Shown here one piece after another: positions 31,184-41,903 of a DNA stretch of 64,000 bases. The stretch's first letter is position 1. Each line of letters opens with the position of its first letter. Where the stretch lies: NCBI GenBank assembly GCA_963848295.1, contig CAWKDB010000010.1:1312001-1376000 (forward strand). The letters run 5' to 3'. The DNA comes from an uncultured delta proteobacterium. GTDB lineage: Bacteria > Myxococcota_A > Polyangia > Haliangiales > Haliangiaceae. Under the pieces are notes generated by a model that saw only the letters and a program-made list of their open reading frames with translations, made no database searches and was not told the DNA's origin. The translations under genes were made by a program, and so were the position numbers.

Positions 31184-32956
31184 CTACCATTCGAGGCGAA
31201 GCGGAAGCGCGGTCTTGCCCGACTCGATCGTGATCGATTTCGTGCGCGAGGCGCCGGAAGACAGCGTTGCGCGCACGGTATGGCGTCCGGGTCCAAGCTC
31301 GACGTTGACGAGCGGCGTATCGCCGAGGCGCCTGCCATCCACCGCGATGGTCGCGAACGGGCTCGAGTCGATCGTGATGAAACCCGGCGGGCCGCTGGGC
31401 TGAGCGGGATGCGGCTTCACCGCGGGTGGGCGCTTGTCGGGATGTGTCGGAGAGCGATGGGTCGAGCTCGCTGTCTCCGCAGCATCGGGCGCGACGACGC
31501 CGGCGTCGACGGCAGCCGCACCAGCGGGCGGTCGATCGACCGTGGGCGCAGCGACCGCCGCATCGGGATTCACCACGGTCGGCACGGGCATCGGCACGGG
31601 CACGGTCACCGGTGTCGGTGCGACCGCGACCGCGGGCTCCGCCTTGTGCTGCATGTACAGGTATCCCGCCGCCGCGATCGCCGCGAGCGCGAGCACCACG
31701 CCGGCGATCCCGACCACCCACAGCAGCTTCGACGAACGCGGCAGCGCGACCTGCATCGTCGCGGTCTTCGGCGGCGTCGCCACGATCATCGGTTGCGACC
31801 GCGGCGACAACGCACGCTTCGGCAGCGGCGTCGGATCGCGCAGCGCGCCACCACCTTGGCGCGCGACGAGCTCGGCGACCTCGGCCTGCGCCTCGAGCCC
31901 CTTGCGATAGAGGTTCGACACCGGCGTCGTCATCTGCTCGCCGAGCGGATTCTCCTCGTCGAGATCCCAGGCTCGGCCCTCGCGCGCTTCTTGGAGCAGC
32001 GCGCGCTGGTTGTGAAGCGTATCCGCGAATGCGCGGGTGAACTCGACGCTGATCATCGCGGGCGTGTAGACGCCGCCGAGCGACGACACGGCGCGCGCGA
32101 GGGCTTCGCCGAAAGCGCGGGCGTTGGCAAACCGTTCGCTCGGATCGCGGGCGAGCGCCATCGCGAGCGTCGCACCGAGCTCGGGCGGGACGTCCGGGCG
32201 AACCTCGCAGATGTCCGGGATCGGGTCGCTCGTGATCGCTTGGAACGTCAAGAAGTCGGTCTCGCGCTTGAAGAGGTGGCGCTGCGCGAGCGTTTCCCAC
32301 AGCACGATCCCGAGCGCGAACACGTCGGTGCGACGGTCGAGCTTTTCCCCACGCAGCTGCTCGGGCGCCATGTACGCGTACGTGCCTTTGACCGCGCCGG
32401 TGCTGGTCTTCGCGGACGCGTCTTGCACCTTCGCGATGCCGAAATCGAGCAGCTTGACGATGCCGTCGACGGTGACGAATAGATTCTGCGCGGAGATGTC
32501 GCGGTGCACGACCTCGAGCGACGTGCCATCGGCACGCTTGAGTTGATGCGCGTGGTGCAGGCCTTCGCACGCTTGCACGCCGAACCCGGCGACGAGCTGC
32601 GGATCGGGCGGCGACGGATACGTGTCGTTGCGGCGGAACCGCGAGAGCGGCAAGCCCTCGAGGTACTCCATCGCGATGTAGTACTGCCCCTGCCACTCGC
32701 CGAGCTCGAACACCTGACAGACGTTCGGATGCGAGATCCTCGCGACGATGCGCGCCTCATCGAGGAACATCGCGACGAACTGAGCATCCTTCGCTAGGTG
32801 CGCGAGGATGCGCTTGATACAGATCAGCTTCTCGAACCCGCCATCGCCCTCGAGTCGCGCCAGGAAGATCTCGGCCATACCACCGGTCGCGAGCTTCGCG
32901 ACGAGCGAGTACTTCCCGAAACTGCGTGCCTCCGCCGAGGGCGCCGCGAATTCCAC
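31184..32956 (-). CDS. Membrane Hanks-type Ser/Thr protein kinase with C-terminal PEGA-like domain
   Basis: LATGGMAEIF, ICIKR, HRDISAQN, DFG, YMAPE, one TM, Pro/Ala linker, ITIDSSPFATIAVDG. Confidence 0.93.
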   Translation of the reverse strand: MEFAAPSAEARSFGKYSLVAKLATGGMAEIFLARLEGDGGFEKLICIKRILAHLAKDAQFVAMFLDEARIVARISHPNVCQVFELGEWQGQYYIAMEYLEGLPLSRFRRNDTYPSPPDPQLVAGFGVQACEGLHHAHQLKRADGTSLEVVHRDISAQNLFVTVDGIVKLLDFGIAKVQDASAKTSTGAVKGTYAYMAPEQLRGEKLDRRTDVFALGIVLWETLAQRHLFKRETDFLTFQAITSDPIPDICEVRPDVPPELGATLAMALARDPSERFANARAFGEALARAVSSLGGVYTPAMISVEFTRAFADTLHNQRALLQEAREGRAWDLDEENPLGEQMTTPVSNLYRKGLEAQAEVAELVARQGGGALRDPTPLPKRALSPRSQPMIVATPPKTATMQVALPRSSKLLWVVGIAGVVLALAAIAAAGYLYMQHKAEPAVAVAPTPVTVPVPMPVPTVVNPDAAVAAPTVDRPPAGAAAVDAGVVAPDAAETASSTHRSPTHPDKRPPAVKPHPAQPSGPPGFITIDSSPFATIAVDGRRLGDTPLVNVELGPGRHTVRATLSSGASRTKSITIESGKTALPLRLEW

Positions 32957-32981
32957 ATCACCAGTATAGCCCCAGCGGGCG

Positions 32982-35630
32982 CTACAGGCCGATCCAGTAG
33001 TTCGCTTTGATCATCACCAGGTTTTCGCCATCGGCTTGGCTAAGTCCGTAGAGATCGTGTCCGAGCTCGAACCGGCCATCCCCGACGTCACTGGTGCGCC
33101 CGTGAGTCCAGATCAGATAGACGTGGGAACCCGGGCGGTACTCCCATGTAAGCACGACCGTCGAGCGCAGCTGGCGGAGGTCGAAATCAGGCCGCGCGAA
33201 GCTGAAGGTCGGCGCCCCGGGACGCGAGACGAACACGGTGTCCGAGGTTTCGGAATACTCGTTACCGACGAGCTCGTGGAAACGATCGGCGTATCGGTCG
33301 GCATGTGGGTCATCGACGTCCTTGAGCTCGTTGTAGCGACCCGACGCGATGAACGGCTGCGCGTAAGCCTGGAGCGCGAGATGTGGTGAGAACGTCCAGT
33401 TCGCGCGCACGGTCATCGACGCGGTCGTCTGCTTGATCGAGCCGAACATGTAATGGTGCCCGCCGCTGTCGTCGTCGACCTCGGTGATGTACTGCAGCGG
33501 ATCGTCGCGCTCGGCGATGCTCGGACCGATATAGAGATCGACGTTCGAGCGAGCTTGGATCGTCGCGCCGAGGTCGACCTCTCCCGACACGAGGCCGCTC
33601 GTCGGGTTGCGCACGCCTTTGAGCCCGAACGAGAACCACACGCGCTTGCGCGCGTCGGTGTTGACCCCGACCGCGAGGTTGAGGTTTGGATCCATGCGCA
33701 GCGCATCGCCGCCGCGCAACGCCATCGTGTCCCAGCGCTGGTCATCGTACGTGCCGCTGAGCGACAGGTTCCAGTAGTTCGCGAGCATGACGTTGATGCT
33801 CGCGTCGCTGCCGAAATCGGTCACGAGCGACCCGAACGTCGACACCATGAAGACGTCGCCGTTGACGATCCAATTCAGGATGTGCTCGCTCGGCGCGTCC
33901 TCGCGATACTCGCCGTAGACGTACGGGATCACGCGATCGGACCCGTTCTGAAACCCGATGTCGTTCAGCTCGAGCCCGGGTGTCCGCAGGTCGCCGCCGG
34001 TGCCGAACCGCCAGTGCCTCGTGTCGCCGAGTCGGCCGATCTGCCAGGTCGCATCGAGCCCGGACAGCGACGTGCGCGTCGGATCGAAGTGCTCGTCGCT
34101 GGCGTCCGGACGTTGGAACAAGTGCTGATTCGCGAGCTGCAACGTCTGGATCGCCGCTTCGTCGCCGTGCACCCAGCTGCCGACCGCGTGAAAATCCGCA
34201 GTCCACGCGTTGTCGCCCCAACGATGCAGCGCTTGTACGCCGCCGGTGTAGGCCTGATCGGCGACGCTGTTCTTCTCCGTCGTGCCATCGACCGCGCGAT
34301 CGACCGCGGTGCCGGACAGTCCGACCGTGGTCTCGCCGTTGTTGAAGTCGCGCTTGACGCGGCCGACCGCGTAGTTCGACAACGGCGCGACCACCGGATC
34401 GTGCCGGACCCCATCGTCATCGATGAAGCTCGCGCGATCCGCGCCGGTCACCGCATCGAGTAACCCGACCGACCAGCCGCTCCGCGTCTTGCCGGTCAGC
34501 TTCGCCGCGCCGTAGATCGTCGTCGCGACCGGCCAGTTGACGTAGTCGTAGTCGGTCGGCTCGTTCGGTGGTGCGGCGCCGATGCGGCGACTGTAGAACT
34601 GCCCTTCGAACACCGGCATCCCGATCCCGGACGGCAGCTTGAACAGGTCGATCCCCTCGAGAAAGAACGGTCGCTTCTCGACGAAGTACAGCTGATTCGG
34701 CGTCAGGTTGATGAGCGATGGATCGGCTTCGACTTGCCCGAAATCCGGGTTGATCGTCCCGGACAGCGTGAACGCATGGCCGAGTCCGTACTTGAAGTCC
34801 AAGCCGGCGCCGAAGCGCCCCGAGACGTGCTGATTCAGCGGATCGGTCGGCGCGAGATCGACCCCCGCGGTCGCGTACGGCAGCAGCTCGAGGCGTTGGC
34901 TGTGGACGAGCTTGCCGATGCCTTCGAGCACGCCGAACTTGCTGACGATCTGCGGCGTCGATCGCGGCCACGGCGACCACGCACTCTGCTCGTTGAGCCG
35001 GCCGATGTTACGCACGACTTGAAAGCCCCACTCGTGGTTGTCGCCGTCGGCGAACCGCAGCTGGTTGAGCGGGATGCGAAACTCCGCGGTCCAGCCGTCC
35101 TTCGTGATCGCCGCATCGCCGGTCCACACCGCGTCCCACGTGTCGTCGAGGTTCGTATCGTCGAACACGATCAGGTCGCGTTGCACGCCGGCGGCGTCGA
35201 GCTGAAACGAATACGCGGTCCGGCGGTCGTGATACGAGTCGATGCCGATCACGACGGTATCCGCCGGTGCGTCGACATCGCGACGCGTCAACAGCGCGCG
35301 AATCAGCCCGGGGTGATCGTCGTGCGCCCAGATCCCGACGTAGATCGCCTTGTCGTCGTACAGCACCGCGAAGCTGGTCTGGAACGTCGGGGCACTGTTG
35401 TCCTTCGGAAACCGCTCGACGAAGCCGGTCTGGCGCGGCGCGGTCTGCCACTGCGGCTCGTCGAGCCGGCCGTCGATCGCGATGTCCCCGCTGCGGCGCT
35501 CGGCGTGTGCGCGCACGCCGGCCGGCACCGCGTCATCGGCGTTCGCCGCGTTTGCCAACGCGAGAACGGCGAAGATCGCAGCGAACCAGCGCACGATGAG
35601 TCCGCGGGTCAACACCGCGGTGGACAACAT
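32982..35630 (-). CDS. CBM9-like + DUF5916 outer-membrane protein
   Basis: IDGRLDEPQW, GWTAEFRIP, TINPDFGQVEADP, EKRPFFLEG, FYSRRIG. Confidence 0.85.
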   Translation of the reverse strand: MLSTAVLTRGLIVRWFAAIFAVLALANAANADDAVPAGVRAHAERRSGDIAIDGRLDEPQWQTAPRQTGFVERFPKDNSAPTFQTSFAVLYDDKAIYVGIWAHDDHPGLIRALLTRRDVDAPADTVVIGIDSYHDRRTAYSFQLDAAGVQRDLIVFDDTNLDDTWDAVWTGDAAITKDGWTAEFRIPLNQLRFADGDNHEWGFQVVRNIGRLNEQSAWSPWPRSTPQIVSKFGVLEGIGKLVHSQRLELLPYATAGVDLAPTDPLNQHVSGRFGAGLDFKYGLGHAFTLSGTINPDFGQVEADPSLINLTPNQLYFVEKRPFFLEGIDLFKLPSGIGMPVFEGQFYSRRIGAAPPNEPTDYDYVNWPVATTIYGAAKLTGKTRSGWSVGLLDAVTGADRASFIDDDGVRHDPVVAPLSNYAVGRVKRDFNNGETTVGLSGTAVDRAVDGTTEKNSVADQAYTGGVQALHRWGDNAWTADFHAVGSWVHGDEAAIQTLQLANQHLFQRPDASDEHFDPTRTSLSGLDATWQIGRLGDTRHWRFGTGGDLRTPGLELNDIGFQNGSDRVIPYVYGEYREDAPSEHILNWIVNGDVFMVSTFGSLVTDFGSDASINVMLANYWNLSLSGTYDDQRWDTMALRGGDALRMDPNLNLAVGVNTDARKRVWFSFGLKGVRNPTSGLVSGEVDLGATIQARSNVDLYIGPSIAERDDPLQYITEVDDDSGGHHYMFGSIKQTTASMTVRANWTFSPHLALQAYAQPFIASGRYNELKDVDDPHADRYADRFHELVGNEYSETSDTVFVSRPGAPTFSFARPDFDLRQLRSTVVLTWEYRPGSHVYLIWTHGRTSDVGDGRFELGHDLYGLSQADGENLVMIKANYWIGL

Positions 35631-35703
35631 CAGACGACCATCGTTGCACCATCGGCGCGTCCTCGGAAGATGCGACAGCGCTGCGACAGGGGCGCGACGC
35701 GAG

Positions 35704-36789
35704 TCAGCGGCGAACCGGTCTAGTCCGATCACTGATCTCGTCGGAGACGCGCGCGTGCTCGAGCAGGAGTTGCGTCACCGACGAGTTCACTTCGTCGCGG
35801 CCGCCGATCGCACACGGCGAAAATTCGAAGTGGCCGTCGTGCCAGTCGAGCAAGCTCATCAGCCGCTCGCGCGGTGCGCCCGCGGCCGTGCTCGCTTCGA
35901 CCTTGAGGATGCGCCCGTCCGCGACGAACAGCCGCGCGATCTCACCATTGCGCAGCAACAATAGGATGCCCGACTTGCGTTCGAACTCGAACAACGACAA
36001 CAACGTGCCGAGCCCGATGTCGAACAAGCTCCCGCGCAAGCCCATGTTCGAGATCGGCGTGATCGGCGCGGCCGCGCGATGGACGCGAATCACGAGCTCC
36101 TCGTCGGTAAACGGCTTCGGAATGTAGTCGCGCACGCCAGCGCGAAACGCTTCGAGGCGATGCAGGTCGCCTTCGTCGCCGGTCAGGAGCATCGGGACAT
36201 CGGCGAGCGTCGCGTGCTCCGACATCGCATACGCGAGATCGATTCCGCTCATCATATCCATCGTCGCTGCACACACGATCGCGTCGGGCCGCCACACCTG
36301 GCAGGCCTCGAGCGCTTCGGTGGCAGCCGCCGCGGCTGTGACCTTGAAGCCCGCAGACTCGAGCGCGCGCCCCATGCGTTCGCGCAGCGGCGGGCTCGGC
36401 TCGACGACGATCACCTGTGTGGTCGTCGATAGACCCGGGTTCGTCTGCTCCTTCTTGATCCCGTCGACGTGCGAGCGCAGCTGCAACCGCGACGTGGTAT
36501 CGCCACCGATGATCTCGAAGCCCATGCCGGGATGACGGCCGAGCGCGCGCGCGGCCGCCGGCGTCAGCATGTGTGCGACCCGAGCAAACAATACGAGCTC
36601 GGTGCCGTCGGGCAGCGTCACGCGGAGCTGTGTCTCTTCACCGACGCCGAGCAGCGCCTCGGTGCGGACGAACATCCCCCGCGCCGAAACATCCTCGGTC
36701 TCAGCCTCGACGACGCCGGCCGGCCGGTCGAACTCGACTCGACACCGACTGACCAGTCGTTGGTCGCGTCCCCGGCGCGCGCTTGCCAC
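35704..36789 (-). CDS. PilZ - atypical receiver - DUF4388 protein
   Basis: EDVSARGMFV (DxSxxG), GMGFE, REC fold with DYIPKPF, GLRGSL...KSGIL...LLLE DUF4388 pattern. Confidence 0.82.
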   Translation of the reverse strand: MASARRGRDQRLVSRCRVEFDRPAGVVEAETEDVSARGMFVRTEALLGVGEETQLRVTLPDGTELVLFARVAHMLTPAAARALGRHPGMGFEIIGGDTTSRLQLRSHVDGIKKEQTNPGLSTTTQVIVVEPSPPLRERMGRALESAGFKVTAAAAATEALEACQVWRPDAIVCAATMDMMSGIDLAYAMSEHATLADVPMLLTGDEGDLHRLEAFRAGVRDYIPKPFTDEELVIRVHRAAAPITPISNMGLRGSLFDIGLGTLLSLFEFERKSGILLLLRNGEIARLFVADGRILKVEASTAAGAPRERLMSLLDWHDGHFEFSPCAIGGRDEVNSSVTQLLLEHARVSDEISDRTRPVRR

Positions 36790-36844
36790 TACCCGAAAGT
36801 TTACTGGGGGGCGCGCGGGTTGTCCTGTTTGCCGCTCTGGGGCC

Positions 36845-36935
36845 CGGTCAATTACGTAAGTTCCGGTGATTACGTCGGTTATTCGATGAGCTTTCGTTTG
36901 TTATGTAGTTTCAAGAATATTTGAACAATCTTGGA
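36845..36935. promoter_or_regulatory. AT-rich divergent regulatory region upstream of the men operon
   Basis: Marked GC drop; inverted repeat TTCAA-N6-TTGAA at 36910-36925; ATTACGT direct repeat at 36851 and 36869. Confidence 0.5.
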
Positions 36936-36953
36936 GCATCCTAGGGCCAGCCG

Positions 36954-37982
36954 ATGACCGCCCAACCCGTGCTCGAACAACTCGCCCGGACCAGCGCGCA
37001 TCGCGGTGCGCGCGACGTCGGCGACCGCCTCGCCAGCATTCAACAATGGATGCGCGCCGATCTCGTCGAGGTCGACGCCGCACTCGATGCGCTGCCGCGG
37101 CGCGACAACCTCGTGCATCGCGCGGGCACCCACCTCCTCGCGCTGCGCGGCAAGCACGTCCGTCCGTTGTGCGTCGCGCTGGCAAGTCGGCTCGGCCACG
37201 GGTTCACACCCCGCGCGCGATCGCTCGCGGTCGCGGTCGAGCTCGTGCATTCGGCGACGCTGCTGCACGACGATGTCGTCGACGTCGCCGACCGGCGGCG
37301 CGGCGAGCCGACCGCGCGCGTCGTTTACGGCAACGCCGCGTCGATCTTCGCCGGTGACTGGCTGCTGGTCGCGGCGCTGCGCCGGATCGCGGCGGCCGAG
37401 CTCGACGGACTGCTCGACCTGATGCTGACCACGATCGACGAGATGATCCTCGCGGAGGCGGTGCAGCTCGAGCGCCGCGGCAAGCTGGCATGCGCGCGCG
37501 AGGACTACTTCAAGATCGTCGAAGGCAAGACCGCCGCGCTGTTCCGCTGGGCGTCGATCGCGGGTGCGCGCGCCGCCGGCCTCGATCGCCGCGTCGAGGC
37601 GGCGCTCGAACGCTTCGGTCTGCACCTCGGCATCGCGTTTCAAGCGATCGATGACGAGCTCGACTACCTCGTCGGCACGGGCAAGGATCCGCTCGCCGAT
37701 CTTCGCGAGGGCAAGATGGCGTACCCGCTCGTCGTCGCGCTCGAGCGCGAGCCCGCGCTCGCCGAGGCCATCGAGCCTCTGCTGGCGGCGGATGACCCGC
37801 CGGCCTCGGGGCTCGCCGCGATCGCGGCCGCCGTGCGTGCGACCGGCGCACTCGCTGCGACCCGCGCCCTCGCCGAACACCACGTCAAGGCCGCGCTCGC
37901 CGAGCTCGACGCGTTGCCCGCGTGCACCGCTCGCGAAGCGCTCGAGACCGTCGCGCTTGCCTCGTTGGAGCGCCAGTCGTGA
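36954..37982 (+). CDS. Polyprenyl diphosphate synthase
   Basis: GKHVRP, LLHDDVVD...RRG, GKTA, FQAIDDELD. Confidence 0.92.
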   Translation: MTAQPVLEQLARTSAHRGARDVGDRLASIQQWMRADLVEVDAALDALPRRDNLVHRAGTHLLALRGKHVRPLCVALASRLGHGFTPRARSLAVAVELVHSATLLHDDVVDVADRRRGEPTARVVYGNAASIFAGDWLLVAALRRIAAAELDGLLDLMLTTIDEMILAEAVQLERRGKLACAREDYFKIVEGKTAALFRWASIAGARAAGLDRRVEAALERFGLHLGIAFQAIDDELDYLVGTGKDPLADLREGKMAYPLVVALEREPALAEAIEPLLAADDPPASGLAAIAAAVRATGALAATRALAEHHVKAALAELDALPACTAREALETVALASLERQS

Positions 37983-38698
37983 CCGAGCACCAACAGCTCG
38001 CGACGCTGGGCAGTGGCGCGATGTTCGATCGCATCGCCGGGCGCTACGACATGGTCAACCGCGTGTTGTCGCTCGGCCTCGATCGCGGCTGGCGGCGGCG
38101 GGCGGTCCGCGCGCTCGAGCTCGGCGAGCACCCGCGAGTCGTGGACATCGCCGCCGGCACCGGCGACGTCGCGATCGAGATCGCTCGCACGCATCCGCAC
38201 GCGCGAGTCATCGCGATCGACCCGTCCGCGAAGATGCTCGCGGTCGCGGCGCACAAGCTCGCGCGGCGTGCGCTGACCGAGCGGATCGAGCTGATCGAAG
38301 GCGACGCCCAAGCGTTGCCGCTGCGCAACTGCGAGGTCGATGCGGCGACGATCGCGTTCGGCATTCGCAACGTGCCCGACCGCGCGTTGGCGCTGCGCGA
38401 GATGGCGCGGGTCGTCCGGCCCGGCGGTCGGATCGCGATCCTCGAGCTCGCCGAGGCGAAGCGCGGGCTGTTCGGCCGCGTCGCGCGATTTCACACCCGC
38501 TATGTCGTGCCGCGGCTCGGCGCACTGCTCAGCGGCGCGCGCGAGTATCGCTATCTGCAGACCTCGGTCGCTGCCTTTCCGCCGCCCGACGAGTTCGCAG
38601 CGCTGATGCGCACCTCCGGGCTCACGGTCGTCGAGATCGTCGGGTTGGGGTTCGGCGCGTGCACGCTATATGTCGCGACCCCTGCGGAGGACGCGTGA
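37979..38698 (+). CDS. menG: Demethylmenaquinone methyltransferase
   Basis: MFDRIAGRYDMVNRVLSLG, DIAAGTGD, AFGIRNV, YRYLQTS. Confidence 0.92.
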   Translation: MTEHQQLATLGSGAMFDRIAGRYDMVNRVLSLGLDRGWRRRAVRALELGEHPRVVDIAAGTGDVAIEIARTHPHARVIAIDPSAKMLAVAAHKLARRALTERIELIEGDAQALPLRNCEVDAATIAFGIRNVPDRALALREMARVVRPGGRIAILELAEAKRGLFGRVARFHTRYVVPRLGALLSGAREYRYLQTSVAAFPPPDEFAALMRTSGLTVVEIVGLGFGACTLYVATPAEDA

Positions 38699-40110
38699 CG
38701 CTCGAGCACGCCACCGCCGCGCGCCGTGCCGATGCTCCCGCGCCGGCGAGCAACGCCGCGGTCCTCGACGCCGGCCTCGCGACCGCGCGCGCGACGCCGG
38801 GCCTGACTTGCATCGCGTTGACGGTCCCGGTGTGCTCGCCGGCTGCGGTCGTCGCCGCTGGCGATGCTCGCCTCGCGTGGTCGGCACGCGGGCTCGCGAT
38901 CGTAGGCATCGGCATCGTGCGCGAGCTCCGCGGTCGCGGCGATGGTCGCTGGCACGACGTGATCACCGGCGCGCGGTCGATCGCGGAGCGCGGTTTGCGC
39001 GTCGTCGGCGATGACGATCCGGCTGCTCGCGCGCTGTGCCGCCCTCGCCTCCTCGGCGGTCTCGCGTTCGCGTCGGGCGCGGCGGACCGCGCACCGTGGG
39101 CCGAGTTCGGCGACGCGTGGTTCGCGCTGCCGCGCTGGACCTATGCGAGCGACGGAACAACCGCGCGGTTGCTGCTCGTATGCGACGGGCTCGAAGCGAC
39201 CGAGCCGGCGCGATGGTCGGGCGAGCTCGCGATCCTCGAGCGCGCGTTCGCGACTCGGTTCGCGCCGCGCGCGCTGCCGGCGATTCGAGCGATCGATCAC
39301 GGCGACCGCGCCGCGTTCTGCGCCGAGGTCGCGGCGATCACGCGTGCGATCGCGAGCGGAGAGTGCGCGAAGATCGTCGCGGCGCGCTCGGCGGTCGTCG
39401 AGCTGGCGAGCGCGGCGCGACCGGCCGATCTGCTCGCGGCGCTCGACGCTCGCGCGGCTGGCGGCGGCGTCCGGCTGCTCGTGCGTCCGTCGGCGGCCGA
39501 CGATGCGCTGATCGCGGCGACGCCCGAGCGGCTCGTCGCCCGTCACGGCGATGCGGTGCAATGCGACGCGCTCGCCGGCACGATCGCGCGGAGTGCGTTC
39601 GCGCCGGAGGCCACGTTGCTCGCGAGCGATAAGGATCGGCGCGAGCATGCACTCGTCGTCGACGCGATCACGCGCGCACTCACCGGCGCGGGCGCCGAGG
39701 TCGATGCGCCGGGCGAGCCACGCCTGCGCGAGCTGCGCGACGTGTTGCACCTGTACACGCCGATCTCGGCGCGCCTGCGCGCACCGCGCCACGTGCTCGA
39801 GCTCGCCGAGGCCCTGCACCCGACGCCCGCGGTCGGAGGCACACCGACGCACACCGCGGTCGAGTGGATCGCGGCGCACGAGCCGGCGCGCGGATGGTAC
39901 GCGTCGCCAGTCGGCTGGTTCGATCTCGACGGCGACGGCGAGCTCGCAGTCGCGATCCGTTGTGGCGTGTTCGCCGGGGCGCGCGCCCGACTATGGGCCG
40001 GAGGCGGCATCGTCGCGGGCTCGGATCCGGAGCGCGAGCTCGCGGAGACCGAGGTCAAGTTGCGCGCGCTGATCGGTGCGTTCGCGCCGATCGGGGAGGG
40101 CTCGGCATGA
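38695..40110 (+). CDS. menF: Isochorismate synthase
   Basis: KIVAAR, ATPERL, KDRREH, LHPTPAVGG, GWYASPVGW, AGGGIV; GTGA overlap. Confidence 0.88.
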   Translation: MTLEHATAARRADAPAPASNAAVLDAGLATARATPGLTCIALTVPVCSPAAVVAAGDARLAWSARGLAIVGIGIVRELRGRGDGRWHDVITGARSIAERGLRVVGDDDPAARALCRPRLLGGLAFASGAADRAPWAEFGDAWFALPRWTYASDGTTARLLLVCDGLEATEPARWSGELAILERAFATRFAPRALPAIRAIDHGDRAAFCAEVAAITRAIASGECAKIVAARSAVVELASAARPADLLAALDARAAGGGVRLLVRPSAADDALIAATPERLVARHGDAVQCDALAGTIARSAFAPEATLLASDKDRREHALVVDAITRALTGAGAEVDAPGEPRLRELRDVLHLYTPISARLRAPRHVLELAEALHPTPAVGGTPTHTAVEWIAAHEPARGWYASPVGWFDLDGDGELAVAIRCGVFAGARARLWAGGGIVAGSDPERELAETEVKLRALIGAFAPIGEGSA

Positions 40111-41903
40111 CCGCCGCGGTCCAGACGCTATGGGCCGAGCTGATCGCGTCGAGTCTCGCCGATGCGGGCATCGCGACGTGCGTCATCAGTCCCGGCTCGC
40201 GCTCGACCCCGCTCGTCGCCGCGCTCGCGAGCGAGTCCCGGCTCGAGCTCGTGCCGATCATCGACGAGCGCTCGGCCGCGTTCTTCGCGCTCGGCGTCGC
40301 TCGCGCGACCGGCGCACCCGCCGCGATCGTATGCACGAGCGGCAGCGCGGCCGCCCACTACTTGCCGGCGATCGTCGAAGCGAGCACTGCCGCGATTCCG
40401 CTCGTCGTCGTCACGGCGGATCGGCCACCCGAGCTCCACCATTGCGGCGCGACCCAGACGATCGATCAGATCAAGTTGTACGGCTCGTTCGTGCGCGGTG
40501 CCTTCGACCTCGGCGCGCCGGTCGGCAGCGAAGCGGCGTTGCGCGCACTGCGGCGCACGGTGGTCCGCGCGATCGTGCTCGCGCGCGGTCCGCACGCCGG
40601 GCCGATCCACCTCGAAGTGCCGATGCGCAAGCCGCTCGAACCCGCCGCGCCATCGACCGACGGCGAGCGCGCGCTCGCCCGGTTCAGCGCCGAGCTGCGC
40701 TCCCATCGCGTGATCGCCGCCCCGCCGGCGCTCGTCGCCGACGAGTCGGCGATCGCCGAGCTCGCCGCCGCGATCGCGAACGAGCCGCGCGGCGTGATCG
40801 TCGCCGGGGCGATGCCACTCGGCTTCGCGCGCGCCCGTGCGGGCGTCTTCGAGCTCGCCTCGCGAGCCGGCTATCCGATCCTCGCGGAGGCCGGCAGTCA
40901 GCTCAAGCTGGCCGCCCCGGGACGCGCGGTCGTGGTCGGGCACGCCGACCTCGCGATGGCCGCCGGCGCGCGCGCGCCTCGCCTCGTGATCGAGCTCGGC
41001 GCCGAACCGGTCGCTGCGGCGAAGCCGAGCTTTGCCGGCTCCGCCCGCTGGGTGTTGTCCGACCACGAGTGGCGCGACCCCGACGGTGGCGCTCGCGGCG
41101 TGATCGTCGGCGACGTCGGCGCGACGATCGCCGTGCTCGCGACCCGACTCGCCGGAGTGGGCATGCCGTTCGCCGGCGGCGACGTCGGATCGCGGCGCGC
41201 TTCGAACGACCGCGGCGAGCTCGCCGCGAGCTGGCGCGCGGTCGACGAGCGTTGTGCCGCCGCGGTCGATGCGGCGCTCGCGGCCCATCCGCGGAGCGAG
41301 ACCGCCGTGATGCGCGCCGCCGTCGAAGCCGTGCCGATCGGCGCGATCCTTCAGATCGGGAACAGCTTGCCGATCCGGGTCATCGACCACGCGGTCGGTC
41401 ACGGCCCGGCACACGGAGTCATCACGCAACGCGGAGCAGCCGGGATCGATGGCCTGATCTCGTCGGCAGCGGGTGCGACGCGTGCCGGTGCGCCGGTCTT
41501 GCTCGTACTCGGTGACGTCAGCTTCGCGCACGACCTCGGTGGCTTGGTCGCGGCGCGCGCGGCCTCGGCCCCGCTCGCGATCCTCGTGCTCGACAACGCG
41601 GGCGGCCAGATCTTCGCCGGCTTGCCGATCGCGGCCGCTGGACTCGACGCCGTCGTCGAGCGCTACTTCGTGACCGCTCCGCAGCTCGATCCCGCCGCGG
41701 TTGCCGCCGCGCTCGGCGCGCGCGCGATCACCGCCAGGTCTGCCGCGAGCGCCGGAGCCGCGGTCGCGACCGCACTCGTGTCACCAGGCGTCACCGTGAT
41801 TCACGCACCGGTCACCGCGACCGGGGCACACGATGTTCGTCGCTACGTTCTCGATCTGCTCGCCGCCCCCGTGCGCGCGAGCGCAGGAGTTGCCCATGTC
41901 TGA
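40107..41903 (+). CDS. menD: SEPHCHC synthase
   Basis: [43 protein letters not shown]. Confidence 0.93.
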   Translation: MTAAVQTLWAELIASSLADAGIATCVISPGSRSTPLVAALASESRLELVPIIDERSAAFFALGVARATGAPAAIVCTSGSAAAHYLPAIVEASTAAIPLVVVTADRPPELHHCGATQTIDQIKLYGSFVRGAFDLGAPVGSEAALRALRRTVVRAIVLARGPHAGPIHLEVPMRKPLEPAAPSTDGERALARFSAELRSHRVIAAPPALVADESAIAELAAAIANEPRGVIVAGAMPLGFARARAGVFELASRAGYPILAEAGSQLKLAAPGRAVVVGHADLAMAAGARAPRLVIELGAEPVAAAKPSFAGSARWVLSDHEWRDPDGGARGVIVGDVGATIAVLATRLAGVGMPFAGGDVGSRRASNDRGELAASWRAVDERCAAAVDAALAAHPRSETAVMRAAVEAVPIGAILQIGNSLPIRVIDHAVGHGPAHGVITQRGAAGIDGLISSAAGATRAGAPVLLVLGDVSFAHDLGGLVAARAASAPLAILVLDNAGGQIFAGLPIAAAGLDAVVERYFVTAPQLDPAAVAAALGARAITARSAASAGAAVATALVSPGVTVIHAPVTATGAHDVRRYVLDLLAAPVRASAGVAHV

